From Savitreella phatthalungensis (taxonomy: Eukaryota): a DNA stretch of 64,000 nt. The position numbers and the translations under genes are program-made. The notes beneath the pieces were generated by a model that was given only the letters and a program-made list of their open reading frames with translations, did no database searches and had not been told where the DNA came from. Below, one piece after another: positions 43,647-54,086 of this stretch. The first letter of the stretch is position 1. Each line of letters opens with the position of its first letter. The stretch lies in the NCBI GenBank assembly GCA_051599415.1, contig AP039693.1:248001-312000 (forward strand). The letters run 5' to 3'.

Positions 43647-44701
43647 AGATATGAGATTGCCACCATTAATTCACATGAAGATCCATCAGATTTGTGCGTG
43701 GATGTGGTTCCTGGACATTGGACGTTCGTACTCGAAAATTTGACGAGAGTGCAAAGCACTCGTTTCGAGTGGCGACGAATCCAGTGTGCAAGTTCAAAAA
43801 TCGTCGAGCAGCACAGTAGAAGTGGTGGACATGCAATTCGTCGATGCGAACGCCGGGAAAGCAAGTGTTAGCAAAAGACCTCTTTGCTTGCTGCACGGTC
43901 ATGACCTTGAGGAATGTACGCCATCAGAAACACATTGTACAACGAGGGACGACATGTAACTGTAGAAATTCCGCTCTTGCTCTCCTTCATGGTGGACACA
44001 TCGTCTGTAAGAAAATGCCCTTCTCCTAATTGAGTGTCCGACCTCGCGTTTGTGACTCAAGGACTTTCGTTGAGATCTTGAAGGAGTGCGTTTGAACCCT
44101 GGTCTCGTCAGTCGGACTTTTCCATGATCAGGCTAATGTCCAGACATGTCATTTTCGCCACTCGTCAGGGGTTTGAACGTCTTGAAAGACTTTGCCGAGT
44201 CATAGACATCAGTCAGAACTTCGTCACGGACACATCATGGACGATCCATATTAGCCTGTGATATGCATCGACATATTGTCCTTTCAAGTCAACCATCCAG
44301 TAATCTTTCTGATCACATTCTCTTGCACGAATAGAATCGATGCATGTTTACACATTTTGCGGGACATTTACAAGCCGGGGAAAGCTTATATCTGTGATCG
44401 AATGAATGAGAGTGTTCTCAAGAGACACCAAAGAGCGGTTTGACAATCAAGTGCAAACTACATGAAAATATGAGGTTCAGCGATCGAATGAGGCTGATGA
44501 CGGATAGTGGTAACATATGAAAGCAGACAGTTGCACGATGGAGGAGAAAAAAATTTCTGAGAGAGTGACGCGTCCTTTCAAGCAGGAGTCATAGTATGGT
44601 AGAATGATGAGGGAGACAGATGTGCGCAGAATCCGTGCGTCAGCGTGCTTGCGAGCTGAAACACGTTTTACAGTTACTGGTGCAGCAGTATGGGCGGGGC
44701 G

Positions 44702-44749
44702 TGATCAGTGCATGAATTGATCGATGAGAATGATCAAAATAATTGTTAA
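44702..44749 (+). promoter_or_regulatory. Shared upstream element, copy 1 (core ATGAGAATGATCAAAATAAT)
   Basis: The 20-mer at 44724-44743 is identical to 54061-54080; both are preceded by TGATCAGTG. Confidence 0.4.
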
Positions 44750-44884
44750 TGACGCTTCGCGTTACAGGCCTGATCCAATCTCTTCCGCGAGAGTGCGGGT
44801 CAAATCTACGGGCAAATAGCATTCCTATAATTGGCAATCTTGTGTTTTCAGAGTGAGAGAGCGACAAAGCCCGTTGTATAAAGG

Positions 44885-46009
44885 ATGACAGAGACTTTGC
44901 GTACCATCAATTATATCGTCGTCGGTGCGGGAGTTTTCGGTCTGACAACAGCAATTGAGCTTGCGCAGCGAGGCCACAGCGTGGTGTTAGTGGATCGCGA
45001 ACGACCGCCTGTACGAAACTCCGCGTCCTGCGATTCATCGAGAATTATCCGGTCTGATTATGCGGATAGTCTGTATGCGAATCTGGCAAATGAGGCACAG
45101 AGTCTTTGGCGCTCAGAATATCCTGAGGAGTACCATGAGAGCGGTCTTTTGATCATGGCCGACGATCGTGATCAGGATTATGTGACGAAAGCTGCTTCAA
45201 ATGTAGGTGCTCAAGTTGAAGAGATTTTACCGGGCATCAATGGGTACATGAATCCAAATAGTGGTTGGGTAGATGCTGAAGCAGTCATGCAAAAGCTTTG
45301 GCGATCTGCACAGGCACTACCCCTATTGCGCTTCGTCATTGGTGAAGTCACGTCATTGCGTCGAGAAGCTGGTCATGTCGTGGGCGTCTGTCTTGCCGGA
45401 TCGCAACTAGACGGTCACGTCATTCTTTGCACGGGCGCTTGGCAGCTTGTAGACTTGCCCATTCTTGCCACCGGTCAGGTGCTTGGATACATCGCCCTAT
45501 CTTCGGAGCAGGAAGTCGCTTTGGCTCGGAGACCCGCCCAGATCCACTTTTCCTCGGGCTGGTACCAACTTCCGCCACACAAGGGAGAGCTGAAGATCGC
45601 CATTCATGACTCGGGCTACACCCGCCATATAGATGGTAAAAGCGTGCCATGGATGGGCGAGGCGCCAGCGGAAAGCCAGAGTGCCCTGCTGGAAGGTCTC
45701 TCTCGTTTTCTCGGAATCTCCGACGCGAAACTCTTCCGGACGCGACTTTGTTGGTACAGTGATACGGCTGACAGCAATTTCCTTGTCGATCATCTCGAAC
45801 CCGGCTTGTTCGTCGCTACCGGTGGATCTGGCCATGCATTCAAATTCCTACCGGTGCTTGGTCGGGAAATCGTGCGTGTTCTCGATGGAAAGACGCGGCT
45901 CGAGTGGACGATTGAACACGCTCGCGCGGGATTTGAAGAATTCATCAAGCCGTTCGGCAGCCGGGATAACTCACGCGGTCGACATCCTAGAAAAGAGCTG
46001 GTGCACTGA
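44885..46009 (+). CDS. FAD-dependent amine oxidase (sarcosine/L-pipecolate/fructosyl-amino acid oxidase family)
   Basis: GAGVFGLTTA, SASCDSSRIIRSDY, CTGAW, RLCWYSDT (covalent FAD Cys) and ATGGSGHAFKFLPVLG motifs. Confidence 0.9.
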   Translation: MTETLRTINYIVVGAGVFGLTTAIELAQRGHSVVLVDRERPPVRNSASCDSSRIIRSDYADSLYANLANEAQSLWRSEYPEEYHESGLLIMADDRDQDYVTKAASNVGAQVEEILPGINGYMNPNSGWVDAEAVMQKLWRSAQALPLLRFVIGEVTSLRREAGHVVGVCLAGSQLDGHVILCTGAWQLVDLPILATGQVLGYIALSSEQEVALARRPAQIHFSSGWYQLPPHKGELKIAIHDSGYTRHIDGKSVPWMGEAPAESQSALLEGLSRFLGISDAKLFRTRLCWYSDTADSNFLVDHLEPGLFVATGGSGHAFKFLPVLGREIVRVLDGKTRLEWTIEHARAGFEEFIKPFGSRDNSRGRHPRKELVH

Positions 46010-46509
46010 GAGTCGAATGGTTCGCTCGGTGGGCGCATCGCTGAACCCTGTGGCTACCGAATAGGCCTATGATGCTGCCGCACTGCTCATGAATGATGTC
46101 GTGACTTCGGCCTGAACAAGAGGCAGACCCATGCTGGCGCCACGATCTTGACCTTCGGAACGAGCTGAGCTGGACGGCGGTGTGACAAAAGCAGCCGCGC
46201 ATTGTCAGTATATCATCCCGCCCGAGACGTCCCTGAATGGGTCACTTGGACTTCTATGCCGACTTTCACGATGCCTGTACAGACCTCAATGTGCTACATC
46301 ATAGACATTAGTGCCATGAGGCTGCTAGCCTGGTAAGGCAATACGAAGCACTGAAATTCTAGTCAGCTATGATTCATCTTTGCCTGGCCCTGTAAAGAGG
46401 CTTATTGCTATGGCCGATCTGCTGTGTACTGTAGGCCTAGTCAAGCACCCTGCGACATTCTGCAGCAGACTTGAAGAATTCATTGGCCACAAGAGGACGC
46501 TGTGGGATA

Positions 46510-46658
46510 TGATAAACACCTAGCACGGAACAATGCCTATCTGACAGCTCCACACAAAGCAAAAAATTTGTCACATGTAATATTCCACAAGTGGTTGCGG
46601 GAGTGACAGCGCCATGTACAATTGTACACAAGCAGCCTGTGCGACTAGACTGGTCGTA
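46510..46658 (+). mobile_element. Degenerate 3' fragment of the LTR-like element (copy D)
   Basis: CCTAGCACGGAACAAT..TGACAGCTCCA..GGGAGTGACAGCG..GTACAC aligns by eye with the 3' half of the other copies. Confidence 0.6.
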
Positions 46659-46869
46659 TGTCACGGAGGCTGGCCGCAGGACCCGAGAGTGACGGACAAA
46701 GCGACACAAACACCTAGCCAGGCGAAACGCCGTACAGAGACAGCGTGCCAGATGTCACCATCACCAGGACCTAGCATAGAACAATACTATTTGACAGCTC
46801 CATACGGGGCTACTGTCTTGTCATACATAGACTAAGTGATTGTGGAAGTGACAGCGTCGTGTACAAACC
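46659..46869 (+). mobile_element. LTR-like element copy A (internally deleted, 3'-truncated)
   Basis: Starts TGTCACGGAGG like copies B and C and lacks their ~150-bp middle. Its 3' part is nearly identical to B. Confidence 0.75.
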
Positions 46870-46882
46870 ATATATGATCCAC

Positions 46883-47306
46883 TGTCACGGCTGGTCGATG
46901 GCCCAGGTCGATTGTTTACGGTTTGCACACGACGCTGTCACTTCCACAATCACTTAGTCTATGTATGACAAGACAGTAGCCCCGTATGGAGCTGTCAAAT
47001 AGTATTGTTCTATGCTAGGTCCTGGTGTTGGTGATATCTGGCACACCGTCTCCGTACGGCATGTCGCGTCCTTTTGTACTCCCCCTACCAACCTGCCACA
47101 TCAGCAGAGTTGTGGTATGTATCAGATATAGCATGGTCAGTGCCACCGCCTAGGCCGTCTCTCGTAGTCCCTCTGTGTCTGTTTGTGCTTGTTCGCGTCT
47201 CTCCGTGTTCCTCGTTGGCCTCCGTCTGTGTCCTCCTATGTTGTCTGTCTTGTGTCTGTGTTGCTTTGTCTGTCGCTCTCGGGTCCTGCGGCTGTCCTCC
47301 GCGACA
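46883..47306 (-). mobile_element. Solo LTR-like element copy B, 424 bp
   Basis: TG...CA ends with short terminal inverted repeat TGTCGCGG/CCGTGACA; collinear with copy C. Confidence 0.8.
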
Positions 47307-48200
47307 TGCTGGAGGCCTGCACACAAAATGTTAGGCTTTTTGGAAACATTATCCATGTGAACTCCCCTGATGTCTTTCTACAGGCAGGTAATATGTCCTC
47401 TCAATTCGATCATTCATGCCTAGCACAGATTCTGCTATCTCTCAATGTATAGGAAACTGTCATGAAATGAAGATTGACGGCACAATTTGAAAAACTGTTC
47501 CGTCCAGATGAAGGATGAATCCATCAGAAATTTGCAGCAATCTGCGTAGATAAGCATGGTAAAGTGCGCCGCCACATACTTACAGGGGTGTCTCGGTCGG
47601 ACAGATGTTGTTCCAAAAAGCTAAAGATTGTCAAAACTCCCTTTTACCAACGAATGATGCTCTAGATTTTCTTTGACATGCTCTCCACCAGATCTGAAGG
47701 ATGTCTTCAAAAGACTGATGCCCATGCTTGCTGCACAAGAACTTCAGTCTCTCATGCTCCGTCTGGCTCCAACTATGATCCTCCAGAGAGTGCTACTGCT
47801 TTGAATGGAACACTTTCAATGAGGCCCACATTTTTGTTGCAGGAAACAGTCGCAGCATCTGAGAGCAACAGTTTAAGCAATGCAGACACTATCCAGACAA
47901 TTCAGAAGGACTTGTGTGAAGTTCAACAAACAGCTTAGACAGACACAAACACTTGCAAGCAAAAACAAACAGGCACATGAGGACTACAAGCAAGTGGGGC
48001 AAGTCAGTGGATTCTATTCATACAGATGCTATAGCTGGTCCATGCCTTGATTCTGCTGTCATAGCAAGCTACATGACCTGACCTAGGCATAAGAGAATAC
48101 AATTTGCGGCACACAACCAGCGCACAAATTCTTATCAGCACCCACAATAGGACAGGACAACACTGTCACAATGTTGCAGCCACTTTGTGGCCCAGGTGGA
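47307..48200. pseudogene. CpG-depleted, decayed, probably repeat-derived segment between LTR copies B and C
   Basis: About 13 CpG in ~890 nt (hand count) and only broken ORFs; family not recognised. Confidence 0.4.
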
Positions 48201-48623
48201 TGTCGCGGAGGACGGCCGCAGGACCCGAGAGCAACAGACAAAGCAACACGGACACAAGACAGACAACATAGGAGGACACAGACAGAGGCCAACGAGGAAC
48301 ACGGAGAGACGCAAACAAGCACAAACAGACACAGAGGGACTACGAGAGACGGCCTAGGCGGTGGCACTGACCATGCTATATCTGATACATACCACAACTC
48401 TGCTGATGTGGCAGGTTGGTAGGGGGAGTACAAAAGGACGCGACATGCCGTACGGAGACGGTGTGCCAGATATCACCAACACCAGGACCTAGCACAGAAC
48501 AATACTATTTGACAGCTCCATATGGGGCTACTGTCTTGTCAAACGTAGACCAAGTGATCGCGGGAGTGACGGCGTCGTGTACGAGCGTACACAATCAGCA
48601 CGGACGACGTAGCGGCCGTGACG
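48201..48623 (+). mobile_element. Solo LTR-like element copy C, 423 bp
   Basis: Starts TGTCGCGGAGG and ends CCGTGACG; an inverted, highly similar copy of B. Confidence 0.8.
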
Positions 48624-49506
48624 ATTTGTGGTCCAAGACACCCAACCTCAATCTGTTCAATGTTTCAGTGATAGTTAAGGCATCACTGGTAGGCAGTGGC
48701 GCTCCTTGCGTGGCTCTAATTCCAAACAGGATACCAAAGAGAAGCCATGTCTTCTTGTGTAGCAAGTCTGGAGATCGACCTCCGAAGATCACTTCTCAAT
48801 ATCTGATAGAGAGCATGCCTAGCACGGCGCAGAAAGTTTTCTGCGTTGAACGAGCATTTGGGAATAAGACCCTTTTCTTTTCCCCTAAGTATCCTTTCTG
48901 ATTGCGACACCGTGGAATCTTTCGTCGGTCTCCTGTACGAGTCGAGGAGGGATAGTCTCTTTGTCGTCTCTGTCGTCTCTTTCTATATGCAGCAGAGTCT
49001 GCATGTCTATTTGTACATAGCTGTGTTGCGTACTGTATGCGATGCGGTCCGGCATTTTTCTTCTCCCGCGTCACTGCGAGCCATGAGGTATCGACGCGCC
49101 CCAGTGGAGATTGTATCGCGGAGAGCAGTGCCAAGCATTTATTGATCAATCCGAAGCTTTGTGTCTTCGACTATTTGCGATCGTGTGGGAATGTTCGCAG
49201 CACCTGTCTCGCTGTGTTCGCGTATAGTTCAGTCTAGGTGTGTCGTTGCACAGCTCTTGGCAGCATAGCCTTTCTCTCAGCTTGGTCAATGCAGTACGAT
49301 ACTGACACCCTGACTGGCAGCTGTACGCGCCAACAGTACTGATGGACTGCAAGGGAAAAGATTTATGGTCAAAGCTGATGGCCTCATGTCTCGGAGCCAC
49401 TCGCAGGAAATGGATTTCGCTTGCATACACGTGCCGAAAAAAGGCCTTTAGCGGTTAACGACGTCGGCAGTATTGCACACCTACGCCAGGCTTTTTGCGG
49501 TGTAAC

Positions 49507-51438
49507 ATGGGCTTGCTTTCTCTGGGCACTCCATTGCCCTGGAGTGAGGTGCGTAAGCATACCGATCATGTTCGCGAGCATGGGATACGACAATTCCTCA
49601 GCATATGGCATCGCACAAAAGGGAAAGAGCGGGACGAGCTTCTCTGGGGGGACGAGGTCGAGTACATTGTCGTGAGCCTCGATGAACATGAACGAACGGC
49701 TAGAGTCAGTTTGAGGCAGGCGGATATTCTTCATGCTCTCGCAGAAGATGAGGCCTTGCAGAAGCAAGGCGGCGTTGTCCCAGAACTCCAGCGAATCGAA
49801 CGAGCCAGAGATCTGCTGCCGACATTCCACCCAGAATATGGCAGGTACATGCTGGAAGCGACTCCTGGAGCTCCATACGGTCACAGTCTGGACGACTTGC
49901 TTGATGTTCTGCCAAACATGCAGCGCAGGCGTGTAATCGCCAAAGCCCATATGCGCAATAACGAGTTTCCCATCACTTTGACCTCCTTCCCTCGACTCGG
50001 TGTGGGTCGTTTCACCGAGCCAGCGCACAGTCCGGAGGGATCGGCATCGCGTTCTCTATTCCTGCCCGACGAGATCATTAATCCGCATGCGCGTTTCCCG
50101 ACCCTGACTGCTAATATTCGCGAACGGCGCGGCCGCAAGGTGGCAATGAATGTACCAATCTTCTACGATGACAACACGCCGCAACCTTTCCTGGATCCTG
50201 ACATCCCGTTCGATCGAGACATCTTTCCGGAAGACAGCGACGCTCGGAACGGTGCGGCAAAACAAGGACACATCTACATGGATAGTATGGGCTTCGGGAT
50301 GGGCTGCTGTTGTCTACAGATCACGTTCCAGTGCAAGAACGTGCGAGAAGCGCGGCGTCTCTACGATCAGCTCGCTCCTGTCGGGCCAATCATGCTGGCC
50401 CTGACGGCCGCGAGTCCTGCGTGGAGGGGTTACCTTTCGGATCAGGATGCCCGCTGGAATGTCATTGCCGGAGCCGTCGACGATCGGACGCTTGAGGAGC
50501 TCGGGGAGGTTCCGCTGGTAAATGATCGATACGTTATCCCCAAGTCGCGCTACGACAGCATCTCAGCCTACATTTCCGAAGAGCCTGAATTGCGGGACGA
50601 ATACAACGACATTAACTTCCCGAAGGACGAAAAGATTCGGGAAATTCTCATTGCCGGTGGTGTTGATCAACGACTTGCAGATCATATGTCACACTTGTTT
50701 ATCAGAGATCCAATAGTCATTTTCTCGGAGCTGCTCGAACAAGACGATGTCGTCTCTTCGGACCACTTTGAGAATATCCAGTCCACCAACTGGCAGACAA
50801 TGCGATTCAAACCTCCCCCTCCCGGCAGCGACATCGGCTGGCGTGTCGAATTTCGCAGCATGGAAATCCAGATGACCGACTTCGAAAACGCGGCTTTCAG
50901 CATCTTCATTGTTCTGCTCACACGCGTTATCCTGTCTTTCCGCCTAAACTTCTATCTACCAATTTCAAAGGTCGATGACAACATGCGTGGTGCTCATCAG
51001 AGAGATGCTGTGCTTAATCGACCCTTTTGGTTTCGGACCAGGGTTTTCCCGGGCGAAGCAGACGAGTTTGAGCAATTGACAATGGATGAGCTCATCAACG
51101 GAGCGTCGCCCAAATTTCCTGGATTTATCCCGCTGATCGAGAGCTACCTCAATTCGGTGAATTGCGATGTCGAGACTCGCTGCGAGCTCGGCAAGTATCT
51201 CTCGCTTGTGGGCCATCGCGCCGCGGGACGACTGCCAACCGCAGCTCGGTGGATTAGGGACTTCATACGAGCTCACCCAGACTACAAGCGCGATTCGGTG
51301 ATCTCCGAGTCGATTAATTACGATCTCGTGAAAGAGGTGCAGCGTATGTCGACGCCAGAAGGACGAGCAGCGGGCGCGGGCGATTCTCTCCTTGCTCGAT
51401 ATGGCATTGATATTGCCGGGAAATATAGCACTGCTTAG
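49507..51438 (+). CDS. GSH1: Glutamate-cysteine ligase catalytic subunit
   Basis: MGLLSLGTPL, LLWGDEVEY, PEYGRYMLEATPG, IYMDSMGFGMGCCCLQ and GWRVEFRSME motifs. Confidence 0.98.
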   Translation: MGLLSLGTPLPWSEVRKHTDHVREHGIRQFLSIWHRTKGKERDELLWGDEVEYIVVSLDEHERTARVSLRQADILHALAEDEALQKQGGVVPELQRIERARDLLPTFHPEYGRYMLEATPGAPYGHSLDDLLDVLPNMQRRRVIAKAHMRNNEFPITLTSFPRLGVGRFTEPAHSPEGSASRSLFLPDEIINPHARFPTLTANIRERRGRKVAMNVPIFYDDNTPQPFLDPDIPFDRDIFPEDSDARNGAAKQGHIYMDSMGFGMGCCCLQITFQCKNVREARRLYDQLAPVGPIMLALTAASPAWRGYLSDQDARWNVIAGAVDDRTLEELGEVPLVNDRYVIPKSRYDSISAYISEEPELRDEYNDINFPKDEKIREILIAGGVDQRLADHMSHLFIRDPIVIFSELLEQDDVVSSDHFENIQSTNWQTMRFKPPPPGSDIGWRVEFRSMEIQMTDFENAAFSIFIVLLTRVILSFRLNFYLPISKVDDNMRGAHQRDAVLNRPFWFRTRVFPGEADEFEQLTMDELINGASPKFPGFIPLIESYLNSVNCDVETRCELGKYLSLVGHRAAGRLPTAARWIRDFIRAHPDYKRDSVISESINYDLVKEVQRMSTPEGRAAGAGDSLLARYGIDIAGKYSTA

Positions 51439-52286
51439 TCCTTCATCTCATGATCATGCTCTCCTATTCCCTGGTTGTGATCATCTGGATCGTATGCATG
51501 GGCATCCTGAAACTGGCGAAGCACGTCCCCGGTTGTTTGGAAAAGTCGTCGGATCTCGTTGACTTCCAGGGCACCGATATGATCCATTCGAAGGGCTGGC
51601 CCTGATTCATGATCGCCGAGTAGAGATAAGCCTGCGTGTGCTTTCGCCTGGCGCAGTTCCCGCAGATCCCTCAGGAGGCGCCGAGTCAGATCGACAGTCG
51701 ACGTTATCCCCATACTGCCCGAGTCGACATTGACGTGGACGGGAAAATCATCAGCGAAGTGCTCAAGCAGGATGCCGGATAACTCGACCCATCGTAGTGG
51801 CAATCGGCTAAAGCCTTGCCTGACATCATCCTCGTGCTCCCCGTCAGGCTGCTCAGCGGAATACTGGATGAGCCTTCCCGAGGAATCGATAGCATGCGAG
51901 CTGGGATCCGCATTCCGCACCTGAAGCACTTCGGTCTGCTGTAGTAAAACCACATCTTGTGAACGCGATTGTGAACGATGTCTGCCATCAGCCGCGATTA
52001 TGCCGCGCTCAACGTCGACGCGTTTCTCGAGCTCCTCGACCAGCAACCAATCTGGGATCAGGATGTTGCAACGCTCTTGCCGCTTCAGCAACAGGGCCAG
52101 CCACAACGGAACATCCACACGTCGATTTACCCGCAGCGAGCCGAGTTTTGCCTGTCTCGAGGACGTCGAAAGCAGCTTCATCCTCGGAGTTTGAAGCCGC
52201 GGAATGATTCTGACAGGCTCTTGTTCCGCGAAGAAGTCGAGTTCAGCAGGCGAGAAAGAGTCCTCATGGTCAGCCGGCAACGCCAT
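51435..52286 (-). CDS. PSF2: GINS subunit Psf2 with internal insertions
   Basis: MALP...FSPAELDFFAE, VPLWLALLLKRQERCNI..PDWL, LRDLRELRQAK and GALEVNEIR motifs. Confidence 0.92.
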   Translation of the reverse strand: MALPADHEDSFSPAELDFFAEQEPVRIIPRLQTPRMKLLSTSSRQAKLGSLRVNRRVDVPLWLALLLKRQERCNILIPDWLLVEELEKRVDVERGIIAADGRHRSQSRSQDVVLLQQTEVLQVRNADPSSHAIDSSGRLIQYSAEQPDGEHEDDVRQGFSRLPLRWVELSGILLEHFADDFPVHVNVDSGSMGITSTVDLTRRLLRDLRELRQAKAHAGLSLLGDHESGPALRMDHIGALEVNEIRRLFQTTGDVLRQFQDAHAYDPDDHNQGIGEHDHEMKD

Positions 52287-52375
52287 AAACTGTGTCATCG
52301 AGATTGTTGTTTCTACAAATTCATGGATGCGTGTTCGCGTAATTCTGCACATCCAGCCACGGACTGATCAAGTTG

Positions 52376-52900
52376 ATGGGTTGGTTCGGCAGCAACAAGA
52401 AAGGCAGGGAGCCCACGATCGCTGCGGAAGACACCGAACGTCCCCCGCCAGTGAATCCTTTTCCACAGGACACGCGTCAATATCCAACCACCCGACATGA
52501 TGGCGACACAGGCTTTGTCCCCGTAAGCTATCGAGCTCCCAATCGCGACGCGCCGACCGATCAACTCGTAGCAGCTCAGCAACGTATAGCGCAGCGTGAT
52601 GCAGAGATCCTGGAGGTCATCTTCGCAGCCTTTGGCCGGAGTTTGCCCCAATGGGGCACCCACATGAAGAAGTACGAGAAAATCGTCACCTCAGATTACG
52701 AGTTCAACGAGGGCAATTTTGACAAACGCTACAAGGACTTTGAGCGCCTGATAGCTGATTATATGGAGGAGCGCGGCTGGAAGGTCAAAGAATTCTCTAT
52801 TCGCAACAGCAAGGTGAAATCTAAGTCGACTTTGACGAAGTATTACCCTGAAGTTCGCTGGCACGTCCTCGAGCCTGGCACATTCAAGGCGAAAAGGTAA
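52376..52900 (+). CDS. Hypothetical protein with MG-start (possible N-myristoylation)
   Basis: 174-codon ORF with gene-like codon usage and a globular-looking C-terminal half; no family recognised. Confidence 0.6.
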   Translation: MGWFGSNKKGREPTIAAEDTERPPPVNPFPQDTRQYPTTRHDGDTGFVPVSYRAPNRDAPTDQLVAAQQRIAQRDAEILEVIFAAFGRSLPQWGTHMKKYEKIVTSDYEFNEGNFDKRYKDFERLIADYMEERGWKVKEFSIRNSKVKSKSTLTKYYPEVRWHVLEPGTFKAKR

Positions 52901-54041
52901 TCATAGCATCAAGGCTCGCAATTGAAATATTTCCTTTGCAGACAGTTCTGTGATGCACAGCAATCAATCGCTCCACAGTTGCACTCACTCGACCTTGCAT
53001 TCCATGATCACAATGGAACGTGTCGACTGGTGCTCCAGTCGTGTCTGACACATGAATAAGGCACTATGTTGGCTGCTCATCTCGACCAGTAGGACGTGCT
53101 GTGCATGCCAAAGACAACGAACCCGCGGACGGCGTTATGCAGATTACGTCAGAGATGGACGACTATGTTGATCTAGCTACCCTGATGCCAGCCGTCGCGC
53201 ATCTTCGACGGAACCAAAAAGAAAACGAGGTTCGAGCGCTTGCACTTCTAAAGTATGTGCAGCTTGAGCAGTCGGGACTGGTCCTCGAGGTCCAAGTAGT
53301 GGGCAAATAGCATTGGCAGCCCCAAATTGGGTGAGCCGTCAGTAGTGGCACGAGAATGGCCAGGACGTCGTTTCTTGCTCGGCCTACAATGACTCAGTCC
53401 TGGCGAATGGAAAATCATCGTAGTTGCGGCGAACAATGAGCCCGTTCGGAACACGAGATTCATGAGGCATCACTTCTAGTCGCTATCGACAGACAAGTAT
53501 ACGAAGTAGAAAATCTGAGGAACAGAGACCGAGTCTTCCAAAATTGAACAGGCGTACAACCCCGACCAGCCAACTGGATCTGCTGTGAAGTGAGTAATAT
53601 AGAACCAGATCTACCGGGCGCGTGTGCTGCTTTTGTGGGTCGTGGCTTTGAAACTCGTCATAGGAAAACTAATTCAGATGTGTGGCTATGTGCACGCTGG
53701 CTCAACCACATGTGACATGACATATCTGTGACTACTGAGACTATGTCGCAACGCTCGACAAGATTCGAACGCATCTCACTGCTGGGCCGGTGTATAAGAG
53801 GTGGAGATCTGACCCTAGTACGCTTCGGCCTGTAGCCAATACCTTTGATGGCCATTGACTTAATTACTGTATTTTAGCCGGGCAAAGCTGAGGAAAGAGA
53901 GTGGCTTGATGAGGCATGAAAGACATCTTGAGAGCCATATCTAACGATTTAAATCTTCTATAAGTGATGGCGTGTGGCTAATAAGGGGCTTGGGTCGAGG
54001 TGGCCTGAGGTCATCCGCGGCAGCTAACCCGACGTTGGATT

Positions 54042-54086
54042 TGATCAGTGAATTCGCTCAATGAGAATGATCAAAATAATCGTCAA
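54042..54086 (+). promoter_or_regulatory. Shared upstream element, copy 2
   Basis: TGATCAGTG...ATGAGAATGATCAAAATAAT matches 44702-44749. Confidence 0.4.

Noticed and set aside
46438..46450. AGTCAAGCACCC, resembling my recollection of the Fot1 terminal repeat start
   Set aside because: Recalled from memory and unverified; only 12 nt, and I saw no partner inverted copy.
47554..48150. A frame whose seven internal stops are all TGA (possible recoding or CGA-to-TGA decay)
   Set aside because: No recognisable protein, and a neighbouring frame looks equally protein-like. Ordinary genes here end in TGA, so recoding is unsupported.
53101..53310. 69-codon protein-like ORF (GTG start)
   Set aside because: Short, with no recognisable family or clear splice signals; at most a gene remnant.
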